Origin: Lingula anatina
Lineage: Eukaryota > Animalia > Brachiopoda
Reading direction: 5' to 3'
Length of the DNA: 64,000 nucleotides
Assembly: GCA_051362555.1 (NCBI GenBank)
Contig: CM120640.1
Span: 64,644,788-64,708,787 of the forward strand
A program made the translations under genes and the position numbers. The number at the start of each line of letters is the position of its first letter. The stretch's first letter is position 1. Below are positions 36,394 to 47,877 of this stretch, piece after piece. The notes under the pieces were generated by a model, which saw nothing but the letters and a program-made list of their open reading frames with translations, was not told the origin of the DNA and ran no database searches.

Positions 36394-39280
36394 TTAAGCA
36401 TGTACGAAAGGATTTGGAGGTAAACCTCGGAAGGCTCTAAATAGAGCGTGCCCCGAATAATACATGCCTATAATACAAAATAATAATCCAAGAATTATGA
36501 TAATAATATCCATTGCTTTTTGGTACCATTTTAACGTTGAGCCTTTGATTTTTAGGTGGAATATACATGGCCATAAAAATGAGAGCATAGTTCCCGTAAA
36601 ACTACCAATAAACCCCATTAAAATAGCAAAATGTGGTATTGTTATAGCAAGAATTAAAGTGACTACTACTAGGAGTAACCGAAGGGCCAACCCCCATACT
36701 TTTAAAGCACCGTCCGTCTCAAAGCAAGTTGGGAGATAGGTCTTTGGGCGTCCTTGAAAGAAAGTAACTTGCAGCAACTCAACCGCAGCAAAGAAAGGAA
36801 GAGGGTAAGAGAGAAGAGCTTTTACAACCAGAATCAAATTGACAATTATTTTCAAAGTTTCACTAGGGAGGTTATTGGTTATGACTTCCTTGGTGTCTTT
36901 CCCCCACGTTACAAATCCAATGTAAGAGAAGAGCGCCTTGAATACAGCCGCCGCTAAGTGGGTCCAATGCAACATGCAGTGGAACTTGCTCCTGTCGACC
37001 ATATTCACCTCCAAGGAAGGGAGAAATATCTGCGACGTGTAACTGAACACGACGATACCAAGAGAAATGGGGAATGTCCAGATGTCAATCTTGACTTGAA
37101 CTTCGCTCCATTTCCATTCGGCAGCTTTGGTAAAACAGTAAATGAGTATAATACCGTTGATGAACAGGTGGGCGACGGTGCACCAGAAACTGAGCACTGA
37201 GACGTGGCGAAGGGTCTTAAGAAAGGCACACGGCAGGAGAAACGCACAACTTATCATGATCCAAGAACTTAGATCCACGGGAGAGTTGGGAAAACTACCA
37301 AGTAACAAATCTCCACATAATACAAGATACAAAATACATGTCATTATAAGTTCGATCAGTTGTGCAACGTTCACGATTTTCCCTCCAACTTTTCTTCCCC
37401 ATACTTCTTCAGCTATTTCGACGTAGGAGTGGCGCACGCGCACCCTGTTTCCGCTGTCATCCTCCTCATACAGGCAATCAACTAGAATCTTCCCAGTATG
37501 GCAGCATATATAGGCTATGAGTATCATGGAGAGGAGTGCCCAGTACCCGCCTTGCAGAACTGCGTAGGGGAAGCTTACGATAAACATACCCTGGATGATA
37601 GTAAAAAAAAATAGTTTGAGTACAAGCTTGTGTAAATAATTCTCTAATTTAATTTTTTTCTGATTCCCTAGACCGCTTCTTAATCTTTCAACATAAAATC
37701 AAGCATTTGAACAATTAACTTTTAATCAAATAAGCCCACTAGATAAACTTTATGGGGTATTGAATACGTTTTCCAATGCAATTTAACAGTAAATCGGGCC
37801 TACATTCAAGAATGATTCGAAATTTCTTATTAAGTATAATTGCACCTTCGGCACATGTAAAAATTAACTTTTTCTGTCACTAATTCAATGATATGTGTTT
37901 GAAAACATGTTGTACACGAAAGAAGAAACTGCTTGTGTGTGTGTGTGGGGGGGGGGGGGGGTAAGACATTCGGATTACGGACAGACATTACTGTGGATGA
38001 CGATATGCATTCCAACTTAAAACCTTAAACCATAGAAGTAGAGAACTTCTATGCTTAAACTTGGACTTTTGTTGGGAACTTTCTTGTCTCCTGCACGTTT
38101 ATTTCTAATTAATTGCTCTATCTCAGTTGATGCAATATGTTTAGAAAGATTATACAGTTTACACATGGATGAAATGGAATCAAACCTAAAATAACGATTT
38201 CAAATGGATATAGGATTAAAGTATGCGTAGGCCTAATCGTCTTTAGTCTATGAGTCGTCATTGAGTCTCGTGTTATTTTGCCAGCAAATACAAATTGCCC
38301 ATTTAAGTATTTGTAGTGGGCACTGTTACTGACCACTTCTGCTTCTGTTTGGAGTGTTTACGTGAAATTACTCACAAGATATATAAATTATGCATCAGTG
38401 CACTTTGTCCCCTTCTTATGATACAGTTAGGAGAAGTGACCAATTGTTTTTATCGAAAAACTATTATCACGGCGTGTGAAAAAAATTTGATTTGCCTGCG
38501 GAGTTCGTTTTATGAAAAAACACAGTGATTTTTATTGATTTGCATATTTTAGCTTTTATTACGCCACTTGATGCCAAATTTACATATTAATAACATTTGC
38601 AGTTATGATTATTACGGGTGGTATCAGTTCCTAAAATATTTTGGGTTAAGTGTTTCACTTAGGTATGCAAGAGAAAGTGAGAAAAATAACTTATGTTCGG
38701 GATATTGATTTTGGAATAACTAGTGTTCGAGTTCACGTTTTAGCGCTTTAGAAAGTGCAAAATTTGATTTGAAAGAAGGGTATGCAAAAAGTTTGCCCCT
38801 TGTCAAGCAAGTCCCTAGTGATTTTCAAATCCTACCGTTTGCATGTTTAATATGCTGTTGGCGCTGATCTGTAACATAAAGTACACAAGATCATAATAAG
38901 CTTTTTACCTGAATAGCGTTGGTAACGTTCCACCCTGCTTGCCATTCCGTTATCTTTGTAGTATTCGGGGCACATGGTTCTTCGGCTTCGTTCATGACTT
39001 CAATGTGGCCATTTTGGTGAGGTTTTTCGCCACTTACACCTTCTTCCAAAGTTGTTTTACTTTGTACAGTGTCAGTAGATAAAGTTCCATTAGAAAAACT
39101 GTCGAAAGAAGTCATTTCAACGTCTTCATTTTCATTTTGAAATGTTTTGTAGGCAAAAACTTGATGCTTTTCTGAATCCATTCCGCTTCTTCTGAAAGGC
39201 ACCATCTCTCTCCAGGAAAGGAATCTTTCTTTGAAATTATGACTGAGAGTCCAAAAACTAGCGAGGCGAAAGGAATCCAT
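36394..39280 (-). CDS. SLC32A1: Vesicular inhibitory amino acid (GABA/glycine) transporter VGAT/VIAAT/UNC-47, 522 aa, 2 coding exons
   Basis: Exons 39280-38909 and 37590-36394 join in phase 0 as KITEWQAGWNVTNAIQ|GMFIVSFPYAVLQGGY. Other VGAT motifs: CHTGKILVDCLYE, IELIMTCILY, FPISLGIVVFSYTSQIFLPSLE, TKEVITNNLP, KALLSYPLPFFAA, IPHFAILMG. AATAAA on the minus strand near 36135. Confidence 0.97.
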
Positions 39281-40619
39281 CCTGTCTCCTGACTTGCGTT
39301 GCAAATTTAGGGACAGTTATCGGGTAACAGGGCAGTTTATGTAATTGATTTACAAAGAAGATAACAAAAGACGATTACGTTATACCAGTGACTATCTTTA
39401 GCTTGTTCAATTGAACGGTATTTCCTGAGAAGTCCTCGGAAATCACTTCATGAATAAATCAAGCTACCGAAAACAATTCATCTAAAGTTAGACACCGATT
39501 TCCGACTGTCAAAACTGAATCATCGACGCGTAATCAAGAAAACTGCACTTTCGACTTGAACAATCATAAAATGATTTGCTTTTAATCCCAAACTTTCATT
39601 CCGTTACCCGCGCAGTAGAACTATCACATTTGACGTTAGGACGTCAACGTTGAAGAGGATAGCCCCCAGCATAGGACAACTTGGGAAAATATTGAAAACT
39701 TTCATTCTGTCCCGGATTAGCGAGTCTTCCAAAGTGGTTTGTATCGATCAGACAACACCGTGGGCACGTTTTAAGGAATCATAGTTCTAAAGCCAGATTG
39801 TTGTTAAGTTGCAGGGTCATTACTGGATTGCTGGGTGGTTTTCTCTGCCGGGCAAAGAGGGCCAGGAAGAGTAATTTATAGCCTAACATCTCTCCCCGCC
39901 CACATAAACCCTTCTTCTCCCCCATCATTTAATTACATAATAACCAAAGGCGACGATGGAAATATTTTGGAATAAGATGTTGGACCGTTAATCAATGAGA
40001 CTAGTTCTGTACAGGAAGCATGCAGGAACAGCTGACGGTCTTGCCGTGATACCCACAGGTTCATTGATTGTACTGTCCTAGGGATTGAGGGAAAAACGAG
40101 AGTAGAATATAACACTAGATTGCAGAATAAGACTTTATGCAAATCAAATAATTAAACATGCTTATAGCGCTTGCTTCTGGAAATCTTTCCTCTTTCAGTC
40201 TTGGTCCCTGTTATTTTCTAGTAAACTGTCCTTCTAACAAAGGACATCACAATTCCTCCGAAGACGAAGGAAAAGGGTGCTTGGTTGATCACATCTGATG
40301 ACGGGCCCATGGCAAGTTACTGGAGAGACGATAAACGCTGTAATGAGATATCTGTATAAAATTGCCGTGTCTCTGTTTGTAAAGGGTTTTTTGTCTTTGG
40401 TCGGCCATCGCAGATCCGCGAAACGGCGCTCCTTTGTGAGAATGACTCCATGACTTTTCGTTTTTAAATCCAGGTCAATGTGCTGTTTAGATTTTTTTTC
40501 ACTACAAAACAAAATGGTCATTCTACATTCCATTCTTGTTGATGATCAAATATGAGGATATTAGGTTTTAGCACTTTAGAAAGTGCAAAATTTTATTTGA
40601 AAGAAGGGTACGCAAAAAG
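38737..40619. repeat. Pair of about 55-bp dispersed direct repeats (38737-38791 and 40565-40619) flanking VGAT exon 1
   Basis: GTTTTAGC(G/A)CTTTAGAAAGTGCAAAATTT(G/T)ATTTGAAAGAAGGGTA(T/C)GCAAAAAG, with 3 mismatches between copies; probably fragments of an interspersed repeat. Confidence 0.85.
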
Positions 40620-41577
40620 AAAATACGCCCGAAAATATTAATGTCTTGATTTCGCATACCGCGCCGGTTACTTGTAATGCCATGTGTTTGATTTGCGACA
40701 TCTCAAACCGGCAGCGCATTTGTTGCACTAGTGGCAAAATGATAATGGGCGCAGCAAACACAATTTGGGAGAACAGTGATAGCCTTCTGAATATTTTCAC
40801 AATTCATTTACAGGTAAAAAATGAGAACAGCCAACCATTTATACCCGACGGAAATCTAACCTGCGCCGTTAAAGAAATGCGCTGAGTTTAATACACAATG
40901 CCCACTGTTCCAGAGTAAAATAGGTCGTAGTGAGGACTGACATGATTTACAAGACCAACCACCTGTGACAAGTATGTTCAATGCGCTTCATATATTTGAA
41001 TTACAATGCCCGAAAAGCCAAAAACATGTTTTTAATGAAAATGCCATTAAATATTTACTTGGGTGACCTAGCAACATTACAATGTGGACATTTATAACTT
41101 AAAACTGCAACTGAAAAAATCAATTTGGATGGTAATAGACTGATAACTGTAGTTTACACAATGCCTTCTAAAAACATGGACCAATATTACAACACTTTTA
41201 GGATCTTATTTCATGCTACAGTCGCCCCTGTATTATACAGATTTTAGCATTGTACTTATTTTAAACTATCAAAAAATGATAAATAACTCAAATAAGTACA
41301 TTTATTGATACCAATAATATTTTAAATAATAAAAATTTAAAAATTTTAAATAAATAGTTTTTAATATTCTAAATAGCAATAATTGAGCAATTAGCAGCAA
41401 CCGTGTTTTTCTTTAATACGCGCGTTATCAGCTAATATCTTCGTGATTGTCATATTTCGTTTTGATCTAAAAAGTAATTTGATTTCTGTGCTGAAATTAC
41501 TTTGATTATACTTAATAAATAACATGAGTTTGTCTGTTGAGACTGAAAACCCTTATTTCTGCTAACCCCCATAACAG

Positions 41578-42753
41578 TCACTGATACAAAGTACTTTCCA
41601 ACCAGTTATGACATTTCTTATTGCTATCTATCGGATGACACTGGGGTAATCCGGACGACAGGGTGCAGTCACTGCCTGTGAAGGAGTCCACGCGGGCCCA
41701 GGGGAATACAGGACGTGTTGGATGATCAGATGCAGAAACAGTGGCGTCAACTGCATTCTGCACAGGTAGTCTCTCAAGTTCTTCCTTTAATTCAGTTACA
41801 TTTGGTGTTTCTGCTGGTGTAAATTCCCGTACGCTGAGCCCCTCCATGGAAGGAGTCTCCAATACAAACTTGTCAACCGGTTGCAGAAGTTTTTGCACCC
41901 GTTTCAGAACCACGTTGGTTTTTTCCTTCGTTTTCCAATGAAAATTTGGGACCCCACTGTGGTACTGCTTCGTGGGTTCTCGGGTGAGACGATACTTTTT
42001 CTTTGGCAATTTTTCTTGGTATAAAACATTCAACCGCCCATTGTTTGACTGAAAAGCTGGACGAAATCCTGCTTGTGGTTTGGGCAAGAGTTTTTTAGGT
42101 TTCCAAGATCTTCGTATTTGCGCCTCTCTTAACGTATAATAGAAATTCAAATGTCTGCTAGGCGTGTCTTTTAGACTTTTGATTTTCTCTTTTATCGGAG
42201 GTCGATACCTCCGAACCCCAGTCGTGGTGGAGAGTGTTAATTTTGGTAACCATCCATCTATCTTGTTTCTGTCCTCAGCAGTGTCTGTATTATATCGTGT
42301 TTGTTTATCATCTGCTATCACCCGACGGTCGTCGTTATTTTGGCTGTGATCCTGACTGGAACTGTACCCTGTCTCCATTATCGCCGAAAGAACTTTTTCC
42401 CTCTGCCAAACTTGATCTTTGGTAGCTGTAACCTCAGTCTTAGCGTCGAATGCCCAAGGTTTTGATTGCCGCGTTGGGCTGGCAACAGTTCCGTGTTGGC
42501 GTCTCGAAGGAGACCCGGTAGAAACCGTAGAGCGTGACAGAGGTTTAAGGGTAGCTTTTCTGACCGTCACATCGGGCAAACTCACCTCTAACGACCTCCA
42601 ATGTCTATCGGCAAGATCCTCCAGTCGCTTAAAGTTCTCAGCTCCCCTTTTAACGTCTGTAAGCCGTCTGGACTTCCTCAGCGGGTTATCCATGCTAAAT
42701 TTTGGCGCAGCAAACGCCGGAATGAAGTTTAACTCCAAACTGTTCGCTGTCAT
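41578..42753 (-). CDS. Uncharacterised basic, probably disordered protein, 391 aa, single coding exon
   Basis: 1176-bp ORF with ATG in good context (GCAACAATGA); candidate splice acceptor (GTAATTCAG) near 42792 upstream; K/R/P/S/T-rich; ends KKCHNWLESTLYQ. No family recognised. Confidence 0.75.
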   Translation of the reverse strand: MTANSLELNFIPAFAAPKFSMDNPLRKSRRLTDVKRGAENFKRLEDLADRHWRSLEVSLPDVTVRKATLKPLSRSTVSTGSPSRRQHGTVASPTRQSKPWAFDAKTEVTATKDQVWQREKVLSAIMETGYSSSQDHSQNNDDRRVIADDKQTRYNTDTAEDRNKIDGWLPKLTLSTTTGVRRYRPPIKEKIKSLKDTPSRHLNFYYTLREAQIRRSWKPKKLLPKPQAGFRPAFQSNNGRLNVLYQEKLPKKKYRLTREPTKQYHSGVPNFHWKTKEKTNVVLKRVQKLLQPVDKFVLETPSMEGLSVREFTPAETPNVTELKEELERLPVQNAVDATVSASDHPTRPVFPWARVDSFTGSDCTLSSGLPQCHPIDSNKKCHNWLESTLYQ

Positions 42754-44447
42754 TGTTGCATAGTCACGACCAACACTGGTGTATATTATCCCTGAATTAC
42801 CACAATTACATGTGCTACCTCATGTAGACTGAACTTTGATTGTACTTCAATTTACCAGCGCACCTCAACCATCGTAATGACCTCATAAACTTCACTCAGT
42901 CTGAGTTTTAGCCCGCGATTTATATCCTCAATGAGATATATTTGCTAAGGAAAGATCCTCCTGTTTACTCGAAGTCTGAAGAAGTCACTAAACTAACCGT
43001 CCTTATCATCTAGATTCGGGGCATCAAGGCAACGGCGCTTAGTAACACTCATCCTTCAGTTGAAAAAAAAAACAACCTTATTTACCAGCGTGTGACGTTT
43101 AGTCTTAGTTCGTGGTATCGATCATAAGCTTAGAGTGTGTAGTGTATCACCCTGGTTCTGGATTTATGTTGAAAGGTCGATGTGTTTTTGGGGGAGAGGG
43201 TAAAAGTAAAAAGCAATTTTTAGTTCTCGTCGAAGAAATACATAATTTTAAAAAAGTCAAAGGAGATCATTTTCACATTTAGACTAGCATATATCTCTGA
43301 TTCTTTTTGTACTGTAATTTTGCCTTTACAGATTGGGATTAGTTTTAATTTCACTTTGATTAAACTATCCTACCTGTTTCCCAGCACTAAAATGATTGCG
43401 TGGATAGAAACCAAGTAGCAAAGCTCCAATTTAGCGTAAAGGCATAATGTCTCGGCAAAATACCAGGACAAACGTTTTGGGTCGCATTACAAAAGAGAGG
43501 GTTGTTTTGTCAAAGCAGCCTCTGTGCTGTGTAAGTTACTAAAACGATTTGAGAAAGAAGAAAAGGTTATAGGAGAATCGAGATGAAATAATATAAATTT
43601 TATCCTTATTCATAACGCTTGATTTGTGTATGCGACCAAAGTAAACTTCTCTTGGTTGGTTAACAAAATAAAGCCCATGACCCGACCGAACCCCCAAATG
43701 TTTATCTTTTCATTTAGAATTTTAATACGTAATGTTGCCCTTAACTATGGCACAATGTGTCTAACGTAGTTTCTTCATTAGATCTTTATTGGTAATTGTA
43801 ATCAAATTTAATAAGTTTGCCGTAGGAGTTATTTGGATATATAATGTTTTGTACGCCAGCCCACCCGTAGGTTTAGAGATCAATATAATCATACTTAGAT
43901 TAATTTTCACTGAAATATTGAAAAAAAAAAGATAGTAAACTTAAGACTTGACACAAGATTGATGAAGAACACTTGAAACACAGCCTTGAAAGGAATTGAA
44001 CAATAAATTCTCATTTAAGATTCTATCGTGATTAACATTATAACCATTAAGCAATGGTTAATAAACATGTCATTCTAATCTGTACGTGTCGTTTCAGTGT
44101 CTAGAAGAACCCCGGAGTTTGCGGAGTTCATGTAAAAGACCGTTCAATTTTAAGGTGAAAAATCGAAAAAAAATGCCGACCATCAAACTATCCAGTTTCA
44201 AACTAGAAATGTTTTTTTACTGTATGTTTTACAATTTTTCTCCCACTCTTCTCAAGACACCCCGTCTTTTCATTTCGGATAAAAGTGTCATTTTATAGAC
44301 AGGAGGAGCAATTTCACTACTTTTACAGATTTGAAAGATACCAAATTCGACCAGAGGAGCCCCTTCAACTGGGAAGATGACAGCTGTCGCATGAAGAGTT
44401 ATCAAAACAGTATAACATTTTATTTCTCTGTCGTTATTTTAAAGTAA

Positions 44448-44450
44448 GAA

Positions 44451-44493
<43 letters not shown>

Positions 44494-44495
44494 AT
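44448..44495. repeat. (AAAT)n microsatellite
   Basis: Directly visible. Confidence 0.95.
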
Positions 44496-44938
44496 ACACA
44501 CAAAACTTACACACACACGATGGTCTTGAGGCTCTTTTGAAGGTTGCTCGTTCTGACTTGAACTACGTATGTATATATCTAAATGTTGAATTAGGTTTTT
44601 AATGTTAATGCATAAAATATTTGGTGGAATAAAAATGTTGAACTGTGTGGGGGCGGCATTTTCTAATGTAAACATATTAAATCAAAAATGGTCCCACTCA
44701 GTAGAAAATTAGATATGCTATATAAAATAAAATAATTGCTCCAGTCACCAATCATGGACTTGGTATGAAGCTGTGGTATAGAGAAGTTTTTCTAGGTTAA
44801 TAAACACACTAAATTACATACATTAAATAGTTTCGTTCACAACAGCGTATCGCTAACCCGATTGCATTTGTTGTACTTCTTAGCGCAACTGGTACATTCG
44901 CCGTTGTTCTCTCTGTTGATAACGAGTACATGTTGTAT

Positions 44939-44941
<3 letters not shown>

Positions 44942-44992
<51 letters not shown>
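44942..44992. repeat. Poly(A) run, 51 nt
   Basis: Directly visible; no TSD or SINE body recognised. Confidence 0.95.
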
Positions 44993-44995
<3 letters not shown>

Positions 44996-46228
44996 GTCCT
45001 CCGCACAAAAATCATGGTTGCACCTTGAGCTTTAGTCTTTTCTTAAATTGATTAGCCGGCAGCATAGAACAGCATTAAAGAAACTGGAACTGTAATTTGA
45101 CTGAGAACCCGGCGAATAGGCGTGGAAATTACACTTCCTCTCACAATGGACATAGGAATGAAAATTACCCTCCCTCGAGGCTCATCGCTCTCACCAGAGA
45201 ACTGAATAATTTCACATTAAAAGCTATTGTAAAATAAACTTTCTAGTTTTAACTGAATTACCATCCACCTGATACCTGTGTTAGATTCCTCTAGGGAGCG
45301 GACAGCGTGTTTTTGTTCTAAATGAATGCAATGACAATAGCACCAAATATTTCCCCAGTGGTGAACGGCTCGAATGACAGCTTGTTTTCAGGTTTTCGAC
45401 GTGAATTGTCCTGGTTCACTTGGAGCTAAAATTTGTATTGCAATTAGTGTCCAGGCTTCTAGTTCTGCGGGGAGGGATTTAATGAACACTCTGAAGGAAC
45501 AGCGTTTTCACCTTTCCCCAGCTCTAATGACCTTTCATCTGCTTTTTAACAGCGTTTGATAAGTGCTTATTAAAGAACTACTTATTAAGAGTTAGAAAAA
45601 GAACACTCTGAGCATACCTTCTAGTCATATAGCTCTGAATATATTGATAAGAAGGGTTGGTTTTTTGCAAACGAATTTTTTGCAACATGATTCAGTAGAC
45701 AAAATTAAACATTTAGAAAGATATAGATAAGACTAAAATCATAGTATGTTGGTAGAAGATTGACAAAATACACTGCTACCTATAGGTCCTAGTTTGATAG
45801 TAACAGGAACGATTATGGAACAAAAATTCAGATGAAAGAAAAGGACAGTGATTATTGTTTAACCTGAGACTTGTGTCAATTTGTAAACGTATTGTCAATG
45901 AATGGCATTTCATCACAGGGATAGCATTGCCCCTTTGTGTTTATTTGTTTATATACAGAATACCTGGCCACATTTGTTGAAAACCCATTAGACCGTCTCC
46001 AGTTGCTGTCACACGCGAGACAATAACCTCACCGCCGCCGCCGCCGCTGTGTGTGGGTTGCTGTAAAACGAGTCCTCAAGGTGTAGTGACGAAGTTGAGA
46101 AAAATGCCCGAGTAGTGACACACATTAATTAGAAACTATTGTCAGGGAAGGAAGGGGGCATGGGGGTATGGTGGTGAATAAGATAGGTGTGAAGGGCCCT
46201 TTTTACCGGAGGCGAGCAAGCATGAGAT

Positions 46229-46263
<35 letters not shown>

Positions 46264-46291
46264 GAGAGAGAGGGAGAGAGCGAGAGAGAGA
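46229..46291. repeat. Poly(G) run (34 nt) followed by a GA-rich tract
   Basis: Directly visible. Confidence 0.95.
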
Positions 46292-47429
46292 GCGAAAGAT
46301 ATATATAGAGAGGCATTATTCACATGTAGTTAACACAAAGTTCATCTGCAGTGGTATTCATTTAGTTGGAATGTACAACTGCACATTCAGAGAATGAGAA
46401 AATTCGATCCGCTTACAATAAGGAATATAGATATGATTAAGGATTAAAATTGCATTGGCAAAACAAGCTTGGTCGTGGTATAATTGATGGCCTTCCCTGC
46501 AAGATTCAGCTTCTGTCATCTTGATAAAGGATATCCAATAATGATGTCAATAACCAGCCCTGTGTCCAGTGGCTAATGACCAGTGTTCTTATTAATTATT
46601 CACATGGACGTTTGAATAGCGGAAAATCAGAAACACGCATGCTCGCTTATATATCACATTCGAAATTATTTTATTGGTCTTTCATATTGGGTATCATTAT
46701 TCATACATGTATGGGGAGGAGGGGGGCTATTATCAACGTCATCAAAATTGTGTGATCTAATGCCAATGCGTATGTGTTTTTCATATAAAGGAATATTGTA
46801 AATTATAAATATATTTGCCCTTTGATAATCACAAAAATACTTTAAGCATTTCATTATAATACTTTAAGAATTATTGCATGACACAAACTGCATCTTCGAG
46901 AATTTGCCACGTCTTAATCATGACACAAAAATAAACAATTCTTACGACACATCCATTCAAAATATATGTCATAAGGAATTTACATCACCTCAAACGAGTT
47001 TGCCAAGGACGACATAACGTTAAAAAAACTAGGAAAACACATTGCGGTTGCAGAAGATTCATACCATTCCTCCATTGACTGTTTTTTTTTTCTCCTTCCT
47101 TTTTTAGCGATGCTGGGAACACAGTGACTATACCCGCAGCTGTTTGCTGCACAGAACAAGAAAAAGTTAATTTTTTTTAGAATCTGATACACGGTAGACT
47201 CGCAGAGAAGGTTAATTAGTTGTTGCTGAACCCGGACAGAAAGAAATGAACGTAGGGCTTCATGTAAACGCATGTTGGACTATCCACTGTTTAATATAAC
47301 TACGGCACGCAGCGGTTTTCCTCCTATTTTCAACCACGATAAACTGTCTGTTTGCCTTAAATGTTTTATAATTTGATTATTCTTAATTGCAAAGCTGAAA
47401 GTTGACAGTCACAATGATTACAAGAGAGC

Positions 47430-47877
47430 GCAGATGCGACGTCACAGCGCTTACAAATTAAACACAGATAAAATCGCAATACTGACAAAGTTCCACATAA
47501 ATCAACGCAAGCTCGCCACAACAGCCATCGCCGCTAACCAGAATTTAGACGACTGTCAATCTCGACACGGTCAACGTTGCATATATATGGATGCTCGTTT
47601 CACTCGCTAGAGGGCAGCAAAATCGTCGGTGTTGTGTTACTATTGGCAGACCTGTCTGTACATTAGCATTGAAGGGGGGTTTCTCAGTGGTTATTGAATT
47701 ATTCGCTCAAGCTGGTTCGAAGCATGACACACGTGAAACTGCGATCAGGAATATTGTAAATAGACAGGATCTATGAGAGACTACTGTAGAACGAAGAAAT
47801 CATGAACTGGGCTCAGTTAAGGAGGGAGATTTTACTACTGGTGTTAAGTGCTGCGTCTTCGTGGTCGATCGGTAAGT
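47430..47877 (+). promoter_or_regulatory. Possible promoter and non-coding first exon of a + strand gene whose CDS lies beyond the window
   Basis: Locally CpG-rich; CRE-like CGACGTCA near 47437; consensus donor G/GTAAGT at 47871/47872; no intact + strand host CDS recognised downstream within the window. Confidence 0.3.

Noticed and set aside
35168-39400. VGAT nested inside the first intron of KCNE-like gene B
   Set aside because: A good donor site at 35384 offers a simpler local 217-nt intron; nesting is not needed, although transcript data would be required to exclude it.
44942-44992. Poly(A) as the tail of a retrocopy or SINE
   Set aside because: No target-site duplication, Pol III boxes or ORF identified upstream.
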